62,498 nt of DNA from an uncultured Thermotogaceae bacterium (GCA_964631265.1 CAZVWW010000002.1:1-62498); one strand, 5' to 3'. Positions 44,553-55,129 are shown, counted from the first letter of the stretch. Numbers and translations are program-made. Notes: generated from the sequence alone by a model not told the origin.

Positions 44553-44988
44553 TTCCCTTAAGACTGAGCTGAAGGAACTGAAGGAAAAACTGATGTACGA
44601 TATTGCCTCCAGGATAAAAGAGGCGAGGGAATACGGTGATCTCAGTGAAAACAGCGAATACGAAGAGGCGAAGAACGAACAGGGAAGAATCAACGGCCGG
44701 ATACTTGAAATAGAACAGACACTGGACAAGGCCGAGATTATCGATTCCCAGAACGTTCAGACAGATGTCATTGGACTCGGGCATACGATACTCGTCAAAA
44801 ACCTTCAGGATAACCATGAACAGCGATTCAAACTGGTCAACCCCCAGGAGGCGGATGTCTTTGACAGTAAGATCAGCGTCGAATCTCCGATTGGCGATGC
44901 CCTTATCGGAGGCCGTGTGGGAGAGCAGATACGTGTCAAAACACCCAACGGCATACAGAAGTACGAGATCCTCGGAATTGAATTTTAA
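44512..44988 (+). CDS. greA: Transcription elongation factor GreA
   Basis: MAKETIYLTQEGYNSLKTELKEL ... REYGDLSENSEYEEAK. RBS GGGAGG. The start lies 41 nt inside nrdR. Confidence 0.93.
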   Translation: MAKETIYLTQEGYNSLKTELKELKEKLMYDIASRIKEAREYGDLSENSEYEEAKNEQGRINGRILEIEQTLDKAEIIDSQNVQTDVIGLGHTILVKNLQDNHEQRFKLVNPQEADVFDSKISVESPIGDALIGGRVGEQIRVKTPNGIQKYEILGIEF

Positions 44989-45004
44989 GCGGGTGAATTG
45001 AAAA

Positions 45005-46519
45005 ATGGCAAAGACCATCAGAGAACAGAAGATAGAAGAACTGAAAAAGATTGAAGAAAAGGGCTATAACCCCTTTCCCCACAAGTTTGAAAGAACCCAT
45101 ACAACAGAGGACATCAGAAATGAGTACGCCTCACTCGAGACCGGGAAAACCCGGGAGGATGTCAGCCTGAGCACCGCGGGCCGGGTCATGGCCATCCGGG
45201 ATCACGGTAAATCGTCTTTCTTCGTCCTGAGTGATTTCTACGGGGAGATACAGGCCTACATCAGGAAGAGTGAGGTCGGCCAGGAGGCATTTGACTTCTT
45301 CAAGGAACATATCAGCACGGGAGACTTCGTCGGTGTGGAAGGGTTTCCCTTCAAATCGAGAACCGGCGAATTGTCCGTCTATGTCAAACGATACAAGATG
45401 CTGACGAAATCCATCCGGACGATGCCCGAAAAATGGCACGGTCTGAAAGACAAAGAGACGATCTACAGGCAGCGATATGTGGATCTGATGGCCAACAAAG
45501 AGAGCATGAACCGCTTTAAGATTCGCTTCAAGGCCATTCAGCTTATCCGGGAGTTTATGATCGGGAAGGGGTATGTTGAGGTCGAGACCCCCATGCTCCA
45601 TACAACCCTTGGAGGGGCCTCTGCAAAGCCTTTCAAAACACATATGAACACCTACGACACAGAGATGTATATGCGCATTGCGCCGGAATTATACTTGAAG
45701 AGGCTCATTGTCGGCGGGTTTGACAAGGTATTTGAAATAAACCGGAACTTCCGTAATGAGGGTGTGAGTTATAAGCACAGTCCGGAATTCACGATGATGG
45801 AGTTCTACCAGGCCTACGCCGATTACAACGATCTGATGGAACTGACCGAAGAGCTCTTTTCATACGTCGTCAAGTCGTTGTTCGAGAGTTATGACGTCGA
45901 ATACCAGGGAAAGACGATCAACTTCAAACCACCCTGGAAAAGGGTTACCATCCAGGGTTTAATCAAGGATAAACTTGGTGTTGACATCCTCGAGGATTCG
46001 GATGAGACGTTGATAGAAAAATTGAAAGAGCATCACAGCGAACCCGAGATAAATGACAGAAGTCATCTCATTGAGGGGTTGTGGGATCTGGTGGAGGATT
46101 CCATCGAACAGCCGACGTTTGTCATGGACCACCCCGTGGAAATCTCACCGTTGTCAAAACGACACCGGGATAATCCGAGGCTAACCGAGCGGTTTGAACC
46201 AATCATCCTCGGACGGGAACTGGGGAACGCCTTCACGGAGCTCAACGATCCAATTGATCAGAGGGAGCGATTTGAGAAGCAGCAGAGCCTCAGGGAATCC
46301 GGGGACGAGGAGGCACAGATGATCGACCGTGATTTTCTCAGGGCCCTTGAATACGGCCTGCCACCAACGGCCGGCGAGGGAGTCGGAATAGACCGTTTTG
46401 TCATGCTGCTGACGGATGCCGCTTCCATCCGCGATGTCATAGCCTTTCCCATGGTCAGGCCCGAACAGGTTTTTGATGAATATGATGAGGACCAGGAAGA
46501 AAAGGAAGAGCAGAACTGA
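45005..46519 (+). CDS. lysS: Lysine--tRNA ligase (class II)
   Basis: OB-fold N-domain and class II motifs ([19 protein letters not shown]). Acidic C-terminal tail. Confidence 0.97.
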   Translation: MAKTIREQKIEELKKIEEKGYNPFPHKFERTHTTEDIRNEYASLETGKTREDVSLSTAGRVMAIRDHGKSSFFVLSDFYGEIQAYIRKSEVGQEAFDFFKEHISTGDFVGVEGFPFKSRTGELSVYVKRYKMLTKSIRTMPEKWHGLKDKETIYRQRYVDLMANKESMNRFKIRFKAIQLIREFMIGKGYVEVETPMLHTTLGGASAKPFKTHMNTYDTEMYMRIAPELYLKRLIVGGFDKVFEINRNFRNEGVSYKHSPEFTMMEFYQAYADYNDLMELTEELFSYVVKSLFESYDVEYQGKTINFKPPWKRVTIQGLIKDKLGVDILEDSDETLIEKLKEHHSEPEINDRSHLIEGLWDLVEDSIEQPTFVMDHPVEISPLSKRHRDNPRLTERFEPIILGRELGNAFTELNDPIDQRERFEKQQSLRESGDEEAQMIDRDFLRALEYGLPPTAGEGVGIDRFVMLLTDAASIRDVIAFPMVRPEQVFDEYDEDQEEKEEQN

Positions 46520-46547
46520 TTAAAAACAGGCGGGAGGTATAAGGCAA

Positions 46548-47789
46548 ATGAACATAGGTTTCTTCTCAGATACATATCTACCGCAGAGAAATGGTGTCGC
46601 GGTTGCGCTGACGCTTTACAGAAAGGTCCTGGAAAAGGCAGGACACCGGGTCTATTTGTTTGTTCCGAAATTACAATCGGGACAGAGAAGGAATGAAAGG
46701 GGTGTTTTCGAATGCCCCTCTTTTGGCTATTCGCTGGAAAAAGGCCAGCGTATAGCCGTGCCGGTCTTTCCCTTGATCAACACAATCAAGGCCCTTAAAC
46801 TCGATGTGATACACGTGCATTCTCCCTTTTCGATGAGCTTTTATGCGAAAGTGGTTGCCAAGCAACTGGGGATTCCAGCTATATGTACACATCATACAAA
46901 CTTTGAATACTATCTGCATTACGTCCCACCACTCATCAGACCGTCTGTAGAGCAGACGCGAAAGTTGATGACCTACTGGACGTATCTCTTCGATAAAGTA
47001 GTCGCCCCGACGGAAAAAATACGGGAACTCCTGAAGGAATGGGGGGTGCCGGAAAAAAAGCTCAAGACCATCCCGACGGGCATCGACATGGCATCTTTTG
47101 AAAAAGAGTTGAAGTGGGATATCCGGAGTGAATATGCCATCGACGATGACCAGAAGATCCTGCTCTTTGCCGGAAGGATCGGACAGGAGAAAAATATTGA
47201 CTTCCTCATCAGAACATTTAAGAAGTTGCTTGGAAAGCGTAATGACCTGTACTTTGTCATTATTGGGGAAGGGGAGGAAAAAGAGAATCTCGAAAAACTG
47301 ACAGAAGAACTGGACCTCACCAACCGGATTATCTTCACCGGCGGGAAGGACCGGGAATATGTCATCGACGCCTATAAAGCAGCGGATATCTTCTGGTTTG
47401 CCTCTTTCACCGAGACACAGGGGCTTGTAATCCTTGAGTCAATGGCAGCCGGAACACCTGTCGTGGCACTCGGCAGATTGGGGGTCTATGAACTGCTGAA
47501 AAACGGGAATGCGGGTGGCATCATGCTCGATGAACTGAATGAGGAGGTGTTCATGACGGCGGTAGTTGATCTGCTGAAGGATCCTGAAGAGTATGAGAGG
47601 TTGTCACATCTCGGAAAAACATTCGTCAAAAAGCATTATTCATTAAAACATACAATCGATGAAATGGTGAAACTGTACGTTGAAACGATAGAAGAAAAGA
47701 GTCTGTCAAGACCTGAGAAAAAGAAGAAACGCAAGAAAAAGGCCTTGAATTTACCGGAACGGTTCGGGAAATGGTTCAATTTAGATTAA
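46548..47789 (+). CDS. GT4-family glycosyltransferase (glycolipid-synthase-like), with a polybasic C-terminal tail
   Basis: N-terminus FFSDTYLPQRNGVAV and the E-x7-E region TETQGLVILESMAAGTPVV. Tail EKKKKRKKKAL. Confidence 0.85.
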   Translation: MNIGFFSDTYLPQRNGVAVALTLYRKVLEKAGHRVYLFVPKLQSGQRRNERGVFECPSFGYSLEKGQRIAVPVFPLINTIKALKLDVIHVHSPFSMSFYAKVVAKQLGIPAICTHHTNFEYYLHYVPPLIRPSVEQTRKLMTYWTYLFDKVVAPTEKIRELLKEWGVPEKKLKTIPTGIDMASFEKELKWDIRSEYAIDDDQKILLFAGRIGQEKNIDFLIRTFKKLLGKRNDLYFVIIGEGEEKENLEKLTEELDLTNRIIFTGGKDREYVIDAYKAADIFWFASFTETQGLVILESMAAGTPVVALGRLGVYELLKNGNAGGIMLDELNEEVFMTAVVDLLKDPEEYERLSHLGKTFVKKHYSLKHTIDEMVKLYVETIEEKSLSRPEKKKKRKKKALNLPERFGKWFNLD

Positions 47790-47803
47790 GGAAGTGACCC
47801 ACT

Positions 47804-49081
47804 TTGGAAACGATTACCGTTGCTGTCATATTTGCGCTAACCTATTACCTGATCATATCGGGTAAATTTGAACGCTCTCTGGTTGCCTTTGCCATGGGCC
47901 TTCTGGTGATGCTATTGAGAGTGGCCGAGGGTTTAAAGATTGAGCACATCAGTAATTTTGTTGATTTCAACACCATTGGCATCTTAATCGGGATGATGAC
48001 GCTGGTCGGAATTCTTAAAAAGACGGGGCTCTTTCAGTATGTGGCAGCCAAGATTGTCAAAAATTCAAAAGGGAGGATGTACACCATCTACATCACCCTG
48101 CTCATTGCCGTGGCAGGCTTTTCAAGTCTGCTGGACAACGTGACCACCATCCTGCTTTTTGCGCCCGTTGTCTTTTTAATTGCCGACACGGCGAACATCC
48201 GGCCCATTCCGCTCATCTTTTCGATGATATTCGCCGCCAATATCGGCGGCATGGCCACCATCGTCGGTGACCCGCCAAACATACTCGTCGGAAGTGCCTC
48301 GGGAACCAGTTTTCTCAACTTCACGGCCATCATGATCATCCCGTCGGTCATCATGCTCGCCTTCACCATCCTCTATTTCAGATTCCGGTACCCGGAAATC
48401 AAAAAGGTACCGACGAGCAAGCTTCAGCGGCTGTTGGATATCGATCCGTCGAAGGCGATTGAAAATAAACCGCTCTTCATTAAAGGCATTGTCATCTTTG
48501 CCGCTGTGATCTTCGGCTTTATTCTCCACGAACATCTCGATTACGAGGCCTCCCTGATAGCCCTTACCGGGGCAGCTGTCATGATGCTGATCTCCAAAAT
48601 TAACTTTCAGGAGATTGCCAAAGATATCGAATGGGACACCATCTTCTTCTTCATCGGACTCTTTACCCTTGCAAAGGCACTTGAAGAGGTCGGCATCATC
48701 AGTATGATTGCGGATGGAATATATAGCTTCAGTGCCAATCCGCTGCTACTTGTGCTTGCTGTACTATGGCTCTCGGCAGGACTCGGCGGCTTCATCGGAG
48801 CGGTCCCTGTTGTAACGGTCTTCATTCCCATTGTGGAACAGCTGCAAGGACTGATTGTGAACGGAAACGAGATGTGGTGGGCCCTTGCCCTTGGTGCCTG
48901 TATCGGCGGGAACATGACCATCAGCGGTGCCGCCGCCAACATGGTGGCCATCGGACTGGTTGAGAACACACAGAAGAAGAAGGTCAGCTTCGTGAGTTTT
49001 TTAAGAGAGGGGATTGTCATAACAGGCATCGGATTAACCGTCGCAACGGCGTATTTAGTTCTCAGATGGTATATGATATAA
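47804..49081 (+). CDS. ArsB/NhaD-superfamily ion/anion permease
   Basis: 425 aa with ~10-12 TM segments and the LDNVTT motif typical of this superfamily. TTG start. Confidence 0.7.
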   Translation: METITVAVIFALTYYLIISGKFERSLVAFAMGLLVMLLRVAEGLKIEHISNFVDFNTIGILIGMMTLVGILKKTGLFQYVAAKIVKNSKGRMYTIYITLLIAVAGFSSLLDNVTTILLFAPVVFLIADTANIRPIPLIFSMIFAANIGGMATIVGDPPNILVGSASGTSFLNFTAIMIIPSVIMLAFTILYFRFRYPEIKKVPTSKLQRLLDIDPSKAIENKPLFIKGIVIFAAVIFGFILHEHLDYEASLIALTGAAVMMLISKINFQEIAKDIEWDTIFFFIGLFTLAKALEEVGIISMIADGIYSFSANPLLLVLAVLWLSAGLGGFIGAVPVVTVFIPIVEQLQGLIVNGNEMWWALALGACIGGNMTISGAAANMVAIGLVENTQKKKVSFVSFLREGIVITGIGLTVATAYLVLRWYMI

Positions 49082-49118
49082 TTCAAATAGTTGAAAAAGA
49101 GAGAAAAAGGTGAAAGAA

Positions 49119-50102
49119 ATGGAATCATGCAGTATATTAGAGGCACATGAATTTATCAACCAAAATAACCGTTTCCTGATCGTGGGGCATGTCGATCCAG
49201 ACGGAGATTGTATCAGCTCCCTGCTGACGCTGTCATACGGTTTGAGACGGATCAATAAAGAAGCCATACCGGTTGTGGACAGTAAAAGACCGGGATTTTT
49301 GAAAGACTTTCCGCCGGCGGGAACGATCGGTTATTCAGAGGAAGTCGATACCGCCGATTATGATGCGATTATAACAGTTGACCTCTCATCGATAGACCGG
49401 ATGGGAATGTATGAGGAAGAAACAAAGAGCAAAAAGACACTGGTCATCGACCATCATGCCACCAACACCTTCTTCGGGGATCTGAATCTGGTTGACACAT
49501 CTGCTGCGGCAGCTGTTCAGATCATTTACAAGATACTGAATGAAACGGGCATCACATTCGACACCGTCCTCTCAACAGTGACGCTGCTCGGAATCCAGAC
49601 GGACACTGGATTTTTCAAATACACCAACACAACGGGCGAGGTCTTCAGGATTGCCGGAGAATTGGTTGAAAAAGGTGCCGAACCTTATTTTAATGCCTCA
49701 ATGGTTCTGGAAAACAACCGGGTGGAGGAATTTTACCTTCTGTCGGAGATGACCGGCAACATTGTCAAAGAACGGGACGGGGAGCTGATCTATTCATCCA
49801 TCAACAAAGAAATGTTCGAAAAGACAAACTGTACCTATGAGGATTCCACGGGAATGATCAGCGAGTTGAGATCGATAAGAGGCGTTGAGACGGCTGTGCT
49901 CTTTACGGAAGTGCAGAAGGAAGAAATCAAGGTCAGTTTTCGTTCTAAGAGATGGTTTGATGTAGCCGGGATTGCCCTTGAATTTGGCGGCGGCGGACAC
50001 GCGAGGGCGTCAGGATGCACTATCAAAAATGAGCCGCTTGAAACAGTGATTAAAAAGGTCATCAAACGTGTTAGCGAGGAAATGGAAAAGGCAACTTATT
50101 AA
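49119..50102 (+). CDS. nrnA: DHH/DHHA1 phosphoesterase (NrnA-like nanoRNase / pAp phosphatase)
   Basis: HVDPDGDCISS, DHH (VIDHHATN) and GGGHARASG motifs. ATG at 49119 is preferred, and GTG at 49110 is possible. Confidence 0.8.
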   Translation: MESCSILEAHEFINQNNRFLIVGHVDPDGDCISSLLTLSYGLRRINKEAIPVVDSKRPGFLKDFPPAGTIGYSEEVDTADYDAIITVDLSSIDRMGMYEEETKSKKTLVIDHHATNTFFGDLNLVDTSAAAAVQIIYKILNETGITFDTVLSTVTLLGIQTDTGFFKYTNTTGEVFRIAGELVEKGAEPYFNASMVLENNRVEEFYLLSEMTGNIVKERDGELIYSSINKEMFEKTNCTYEDSTGMISELRSIRGVETAVLFTEVQKEEIKVSFRSKRWFDVAGIALEFGGGGHARASGCTIKNEPLETVIKKVIKRVSEEMEKATY

Positions 50103-50119
50103 TAAATGGAGGAAAAACT

Positions 50120-50425
50120 ATGGCAGAAGTCACCAAAGAGAAAGTAATCGAGGCACTCAAGGGAGTCATCGACATTGAGATAGGCATTGATATTGTCTCC
50201 CTCGGACTCATATACAATGTGGACATAGAGGATGATAACACAGTCAATGTCAAAATGACACTTACAGTCCCCACCTGTCCAATGGCCAACATGCTCGTTG
50301 AACAGGCGAGAAGTGCTGTGGCATCCATCGAAGGTGTGGAAAAGGTCAACGTGGATCTGGTATTCGATCCGCCGTGGACACCGGACATGATGGAAGACAG
50401 TGCTAAAAAACTGTTAGGAAGGTAA
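50120..50425 (+). CDS. DUF59 (MIP18/SufT-like) Fe-S assembly-related protein
   Basis: 101 aa. DPEIG-like IDIEIGIDIVSLGLIY and the conserved TLTVPTCP Cys motif. Confidence 0.85.
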   Translation: MAEVTKEKVIEALKGVIDIEIGIDIVSLGLIYNVDIEDDNTVNVKMTLTVPTCPMANMLVEQARSAVASIEGVEKVNVDLVFDPPWTPDMMEDSAKKLLGR

Positions 50426-50427
50426 TC

Positions 50428-51237
50428 ATGCAGAAAAAACAAGTCTTTGTCATCACATCGGGTAAAGGCGGAGTCGGAAAGACCACCGTTACGGCTAATA
50501 TAGGAGCTGCCCTCTCAAATCTTGGCAAGAAAGTCTGCCTCATCGATGCGGATATCGGTTTGAAGAATCTGGATGTGGTACTTGGCCTTGAAAACAGAAT
50601 TCTGTACACGATCATGGATGTGGTCTCCCAGCGAGTGGGTGCTGTTGAGGCGCTTGTGAGGCATAAAACAAGCAGAAATCTCTATATGATGCCCGCCTCA
50701 CAGATCGCCACCAAAGAAATGATAACAGTGGAGGACATGATCCGGGTCGTCACCCAGCTTCGAAGTGATTTTGACTACATCCTCATTGATTCACCGGCCG
50801 GCATCGAAAGCGGCTTCAGGAATGCAGTGGCCGCATCGGACAGTGCCGTTGTCATCACAAACCCCGAGTTTACGGCCGTCAGTGATGCCGACAGAGTCCT
50901 CGGACTCCTCGAGAACACCCACATGGGGCTTGACAACGTCCAGTTTATTCTGAACCGGTACCGGGAGAATGTCTCCGAGAAAAGAGGCATGCTCTCAATC
51001 GATGAAGTCATCAACACATTGGCCGTTCCCCTCATCGGGATCGTTCCCGACAACGAGGATATCTTTATCGGAACCAACAGAGGGGTGCCCATCGCATTCG
51101 AACCGGGGCATGAGATGAACACCATCTTCACAAACGTCGTCAGACGAATGATCGGTCAGAATATTCCCATCGATTCGGATCTGAGACTTGCCAAACCGAC
51201 ATTGTGGAGACTATTTGTCAGACTATTTAAAGGTTAG
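50428..51237 (+). CDS. minD: Septum site-determining ATPase MinD
   Basis: Deviant Walker A TSGKGGVGKTT, then DADIGLKNLDVVLGLENR and LNRYR motifs. C-terminal amphipathic helix LWRLFVRLFKG. Confidence 0.88.
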   Translation: MQKKQVFVITSGKGGVGKTTVTANIGAALSNLGKKVCLIDADIGLKNLDVVLGLENRILYTIMDVVSQRVGAVEALVRHKTSRNLYMMPASQIATKEMITVEDMIRVVTQLRSDFDYILIDSPAGIESGFRNAVAASDSAVVITNPEFTAVSDADRVLGLLENTHMGLDNVQFILNRYRENVSEKRGMLSIDEVINTLAVPLIGIVPDNEDIFIGTNRGVPIAFEPGHEMNTIFTNVVRRMIGQNIPIDSDLRLAKPTLWRLFVRLFKG

Positions 51238-51249
51238 AAGGGATACAAT

Positions 51250-51651
51250 TTGAAAAGCACAGAATTTTCCGTTAAAACAAGGAAAAGAATAGAAGTGGTG
51301 GATATCACGGGAAAAGTGGACGCATATGTCAGGGAAAATGGTTTGAAAGATGGAGTACTGACCGTTTATGTACCCCATACGACGGCCGGGATCACGATCA
51401 ACGAAAATGCCGACCCGAGCGTGAAATCGGATTTTTTGAACACCATTAACCAGCTGATACCGGCAAATGCCGGATACAGTCATATGGAGGGAAATGCCGA
51501 TTCACATATCAAGACGATTCTGACCAATCCGTCTCAAACATTCATCGTCGAGGACTCCAGGCTGGTTCTGGGAACCTGGCAGGGGATCTATTTTTGTGAA
51601 TATGACGGACCGAGGAGCCGGAGGGTTTGGCTTAAATTCATAGAAGGTTAA
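51250..51651 (+). CDS. yjbQ: YjbQ/UPF0047 family protein (secondary thiamine-phosphate synthase-like)
   Basis: TTG start. VYVPHTTAGITINENADP and NADSHIK motifs. Confidence 0.85.
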   Translation: MKSTEFSVKTRKRIEVVDITGKVDAYVRENGLKDGVLTVYVPHTTAGITINENADPSVKSDFLNTINQLIPANAGYSHMEGNADSHIKTILTNPSQTFIVEDSRLVLGTWQGIYFCEYDGPRSRRVWLKFIEG

Positions 51652-51652
51652 G

Positions 51653-52711
51653 ATGAAGACCAAATGGATCAATCTGCAGGAAGGAACAGCCCGTCCGGAG
51701 AATCGAGATGACTTCAAACGCTGCGTTGAGGATATTCAGAGGGGACGGCTTGTCATCTTTCCAACCGAAACCGTCTATGGGCTTGGCGGCATCATCACGA
51801 GGCCGGAAACGGTTAAGCGCATATATGCCGCAAAGGGTAGGCCGTCGGATAATCCGCTTATCGTTCACATCAGTGATTATGGGCAATTGAAAACAGTTGT
51901 CTCTGAAGATATCACCTCTGATTTCTACAGATTGGCCGAAAAACTCTGGCCGGGTCCGGTGACATTTATCGTGAAAAAATCAAAAAGCCTCTCCAAAACA
52001 ATCACCGGTGGTCGAGAGACAGTGGGAGTTCGTTTTCCTGCAAACAAGATAACGAATCAACTCATCAAAAGTTGCGGAACCCCCCTGGCGGCACCGAGTG
52101 CCAATATCTCAGGCAGACCCAGTCCCACAAGACCGGTGCATCTAAAAGAGATGGATGGCAGAGTCTCTTGGATTATTAACAGCGGTCCTCTGGCATTCGG
52201 ACTGGAATCGACAATCATATCCCTGGTTCAAACCCCGCCTGTTCTACTGCGCCCGGGACCTGTGACGATGGAAAATCTGAGAGCAATGATACCGGGTCTC
52301 GTCTGTGACACCGACTCAAAAGATGCCGTTGCCCCGGGGATGAAATACAGGCATTATTCACCGGCTGCTGTTCTGCGGTTGGCAGAGTGGAAAGCTGGAA
52401 TAAAGGCGTTGACAGATGATGTCCTTGCGATCGCAGAGAGGATGGACGCGGAGAAAGACAATATCCTGATCCTCTCGACAGAGGAAACGGATGCGTGTTA
52501 TCGAAAAGAGGGTTATAAGACGCTCTGCCTCGGTTCCAGGGAGAATCTGTTCAAGATTGCGAATAATCTCTTCCACAATCTGAGAAGGATTGACGGGATG
52601 GGGTACTCATTTGCCGTAATAGAGGGGTTTGAGGAGCGCTCGATCGGGTTGGCCATCATGAACCGGATCAAGAAGGCATCGGAAAAAGAGGTGCCCGTTG
52701 AGTACACATAA
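51653..52711 (+). CDS. tsaC: L-threonylcarbamoyladenylate synthase, long form (Sua5/YwlC; TsaC plus Sua5 domain)
   Basis: IFPTETVYGLG, KGRPSDNPLIVH and APSANISGRPSPT motifs, with a C-terminal Sua5 domain. Confidence 0.9.
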   Translation: MKTKWINLQEGTARPENRDDFKRCVEDIQRGRLVIFPTETVYGLGGIITRPETVKRIYAAKGRPSDNPLIVHISDYGQLKTVVSEDITSDFYRLAEKLWPGPVTFIVKKSKSLSKTITGGRETVGVRFPANKITNQLIKSCGTPLAAPSANISGRPSPTRPVHLKEMDGRVSWIINSGPLAFGLESTIISLVQTPPVLLRPGPVTMENLRAMIPGLVCDTDSKDAVAPGMKYRHYSPAAVLRLAEWKAGIKALTDDVLAIAERMDAEKDNILILSTEETDACYRKEGYKTLCLGSRENLFKIANNLFHNLRRIDGMGYSFAVIEGFEERSIGLAIMNRIKKASEKEVPVEYT

Positions 52712-53300
52712 CGAGGAAACCGGACGACATCTCAGAAAGATCAGAACCGACAAGGCCTTTACAAAAGAGGCCATATTCGAAAGAACGCATATATCAATTG
52801 CCACGATCAACAAGATAGAGGCCGGAAACTTCGATGATATTCCCGGGATCTATCTGCAGGATTTTCTCAAACGATACTGCAAAGTCCTGGGGATAAACGC
52901 CGAAGAGATATTGAAGAGTCTTCAAACAAACAACCAGAAGAAAAAGACAAAAATTCCGGAATTACCCGAAAGCGGTCAGAGGCACTCCCCGGTCAATATT
53001 GCCCTTTGGATCATGTTTCCCCTGTTGTTGTTTCTGATGACATTTCAGATACTGTTTCTCATTAATTTTTTCAACAGAGAGACTTTGAAAATAGAGAATC
53101 AGGGCAACAAGGTTGCCTACATTACAGACAACGGCAAAACGACGGCACTAAACGGCAACGAAGACATAACGCTGAAGGAATTCGGGAGAATCAGAATAGA
53201 GAATCCTCAAAAACAGTTAATTGTGGTAGAATATTATGGAAGAAAATGGGAAGTGTTATTTGAGAAATTCGAGGTGCAGACTATCAATGGCGAAGGTTAA
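52698..53300 (+). CDS. HTH (XRE-type) membrane protein, RodZ-like
   Basis: N-terminal HTH GRHLRKIRTDKAFTKEAIFERTHISIATINKIEAG, one TM helix (VNIALWIMFPLLLFLMTFQILFLINFF) and a short extracytoplasmic domain. Confidence 0.55.
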   Translation: MSTHNEETGRHLRKIRTDKAFTKEAIFERTHISIATINKIEAGNFDDIPGIYLQDFLKRYCKVLGINAEEILKSLQTNNQKKKTKIPELPESGQRHSPVNIALWIMFPLLLFLMTFQILFLINFFNRETLKIENQGNKVAYITDNGKTTALNGNEDITLKEFGRIRIENPQKQLIVVEYYGRKWEVLFEKFEVQTINGEG

Positions 53301-53820
53301 GCAGGCAGAACTGGTGAATCATGTTATATTCGCCTTCGGGCGTTATATAGATTATAGATTGAACGAGGTAAGGCCGGAACTGAAAGAGCAGTTCGGTGCG
53401 ATCGATTATGAATCCAGAACGCTTGATTTTGGAAAATACACCTTTTACTACAACCAGGAAATGGGAGAAGGAAAGATAGAGGGGCGGATTCTTAGTTTCG
53501 CGCAGCTGATTCATCCGGCTGAATTACCCATGATAAAGAGAAGCACCAACACCTTAGAGGATCAATACCGGGAAGGGGAGAACAGACAGATCAACCTTGA
53601 CCCGGGCTTCATACATCACTCCCAGTTTGTACTTGCCTCCACAAAGCATTGGGGAAACAGGTTGTACATCGGCCGGGGCGTTTATGCCGAGGTTACCCTG
53701 ATCTTTGTTGACGGAACCTTCCAACCGCTCAAATACACTTATCCCAATTATGCAAGTCCGGAATACATTGAAGAACTGACAAAGATCAGAAAGCAGTATC
53801 TGAAAAAGAGAAAGAGCTGA
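53287..53820 (+). CDS. DUF4416-like protein
   Basis: ATG at 53287 overlaps the upstream gene by 14 nt. FYYNQEMGEG ... INLDPGF ... LASTKHWGNR pattern as recalled for DUF4416. Confidence 0.55.
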   Translation: MAKVKQAELVNHVIFAFGRYIDYRLNEVRPELKEQFGAIDYESRTLDFGKYTFYYNQEMGEGKIEGRILSFAQLIHPAELPMIKRSTNTLEDQYREGENRQINLDPGFIHHSQFVLASTKHWGNRLYIGRGVYAEVTLIFVDGTFQPLKYTYPNYASPEYIEELTKIRKQYLKKRKS

Positions 53821-53824
53821 TAAA

Positions 53825-55129
53825 TTGAAGATATTCCTGAAAACACACGGCTGCCCGAAGAATGAAGCGGACAGCAGAGTCATATCCGGTATATTTCGGG
53901 ACAGAGGTCATGCATTAACAGACAATCCCGGCCGGGCCGACATAGCCGTCATTAACACCTGCGGCTTTATATTGGATGCTGCGCGCGAATCGATCGATTC
54001 ACTGGTTCATTATGCCGGTCAGTATAAGAAAGAGAATCCGGGATTAAGAGTTTACGGCATGGGTTGTCTCATCCAGCGATACCATCACGAACTGATCAAG
54101 GAGATGCCGGAAATCGACGGTTGGATAGGACTGGACACACTGGAGGAAACGGCCGATTTTCTGCTCGACGGCACCCGGAAAAAACAGATCCCCATTGTTC
54201 CAAGGCCTATATTCAACAGATGCCCGGAAACAACATCAAAAACAGACCGGGTCTTTGAATACGTGAAGATCGGTGACGGTTGCGAACGAAGCTGTGCGTT
54301 CTGTGCCATCCCGACATTCAAGGGGCGGCATATCAGCCGGGCCCCCGCGGACATCAGAAACGAGGTTGAGAATCTCATAAAAGCCGGAACACGCGAGATC
54401 ATCATCGTTGATCAGGACATCACCCAGTACGAATACCACGGGAACACACTCAGTGCTCTCCTGAAGACCCTCGATGCGATAGAGGGTGATTACTGGATAA
54501 GACTGATGTACATTCATCCCGATCACATTGACGATGAACTCGTCAAGACCGTCAGAGATTCAGAGCACATCATCCCCTATTTTGATTTACCGGTTCAGCA
54601 CGGCTCGGACAGAGTGCTTCGCTACATGGGCAGGAAAAGGACGTCCCGCGAACTCCAGGAGATCATCTTGAAAATCAGAGAAGAGATCCCCGGGGCATCC
54701 ATCCGGACAACCATAATGGTGGGTTTCCCCGGAGAAGGGGATGCTGAATTCGAAGAACTGATCACCTTCATGGAAGCGATTGAATTCGACAAAGTCGGAT
54801 TTTTCAAGTTCTCAATGGAACACGGAACACCGGTTGAAGAGATGAAACTCAAGGCACCGCCCCGGGAGACCGCTGATGAAAGACTCGAAGAGATCAAGAA
54901 CGTTCAGGAAGCGATCTCGGAGAGAAGGAACAGCTCCCTTTTGGGGAAGTCATTTAAAGTGCTTGTAGAGGGAAAAGAAGGGGAAATGACGGTTTGCAGG
55001 AGTTACAGGGACGCTCCGGAAATCGACGGGGAAGTCTTTATCAACAATTGTCAGGCGCAGAAGTCTGAATTTATTACGGCAAGAATAACACAATACAGTG
55101 AATACGATCTGGAGGCGGAGGTTATATGA
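53825..55129 (+). CDS. rimO: Ribosomal protein S12 methylthiotransferase RimO (MiaB-family radical SAM)
   Basis: N-terminal HGCPKNEADS...INTCGF, radical SAM CERSCAFCAIP, and a C-terminal TRAM domain. TTG start. Confidence 0.85.
   Translation: MKIFLKTHGCPKNEADSRVISGIFRDRGHALTDNPGRADIAVINTCGFILDAARESIDSLVHYAGQYKKENPGLRVYGMGCLIQRYHHELIKEMPEIDGWIGLDTLEETADFLLDGTRKKQIPIVPRPIFNRCPETTSKTDRVFEYVKIGDGCERSCAFCAIPTFKGRHISRAPADIRNEVENLIKAGTREIIIVDQDITQYEYHGNTLSALLKTLDAIEGDYWIRLMYIHPDHIDDELVKTVRDSEHIIPYFDLPVQHGSDRVLRYMGRKRTSRELQEIILKIREEIPGASIRTTIMVGFPGEGDAEFEELITFMEAIEFDKVGFFKFSMEHGTPVEEMKLKAPPRETADERLEEIKNVQEAISERRNSSLLGKSFKVLVEGKEGEMTVCRSYRDAPEIDGEVFINNCQAQKSEFITARITQYSEYDLEAEVI

Noticed and set aside
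50428-51237. Alternative reading of the P-loop ATPase as Mrp/ApbC, which would fit the DUF59 neighbour
   Set aside because: The sequence has MinD-specific motifs and a C-terminal amphipathic helix, and it lacks the Mrp CxxC motif. It is therefore called MinD, and the odd pairing is reported as a finding.
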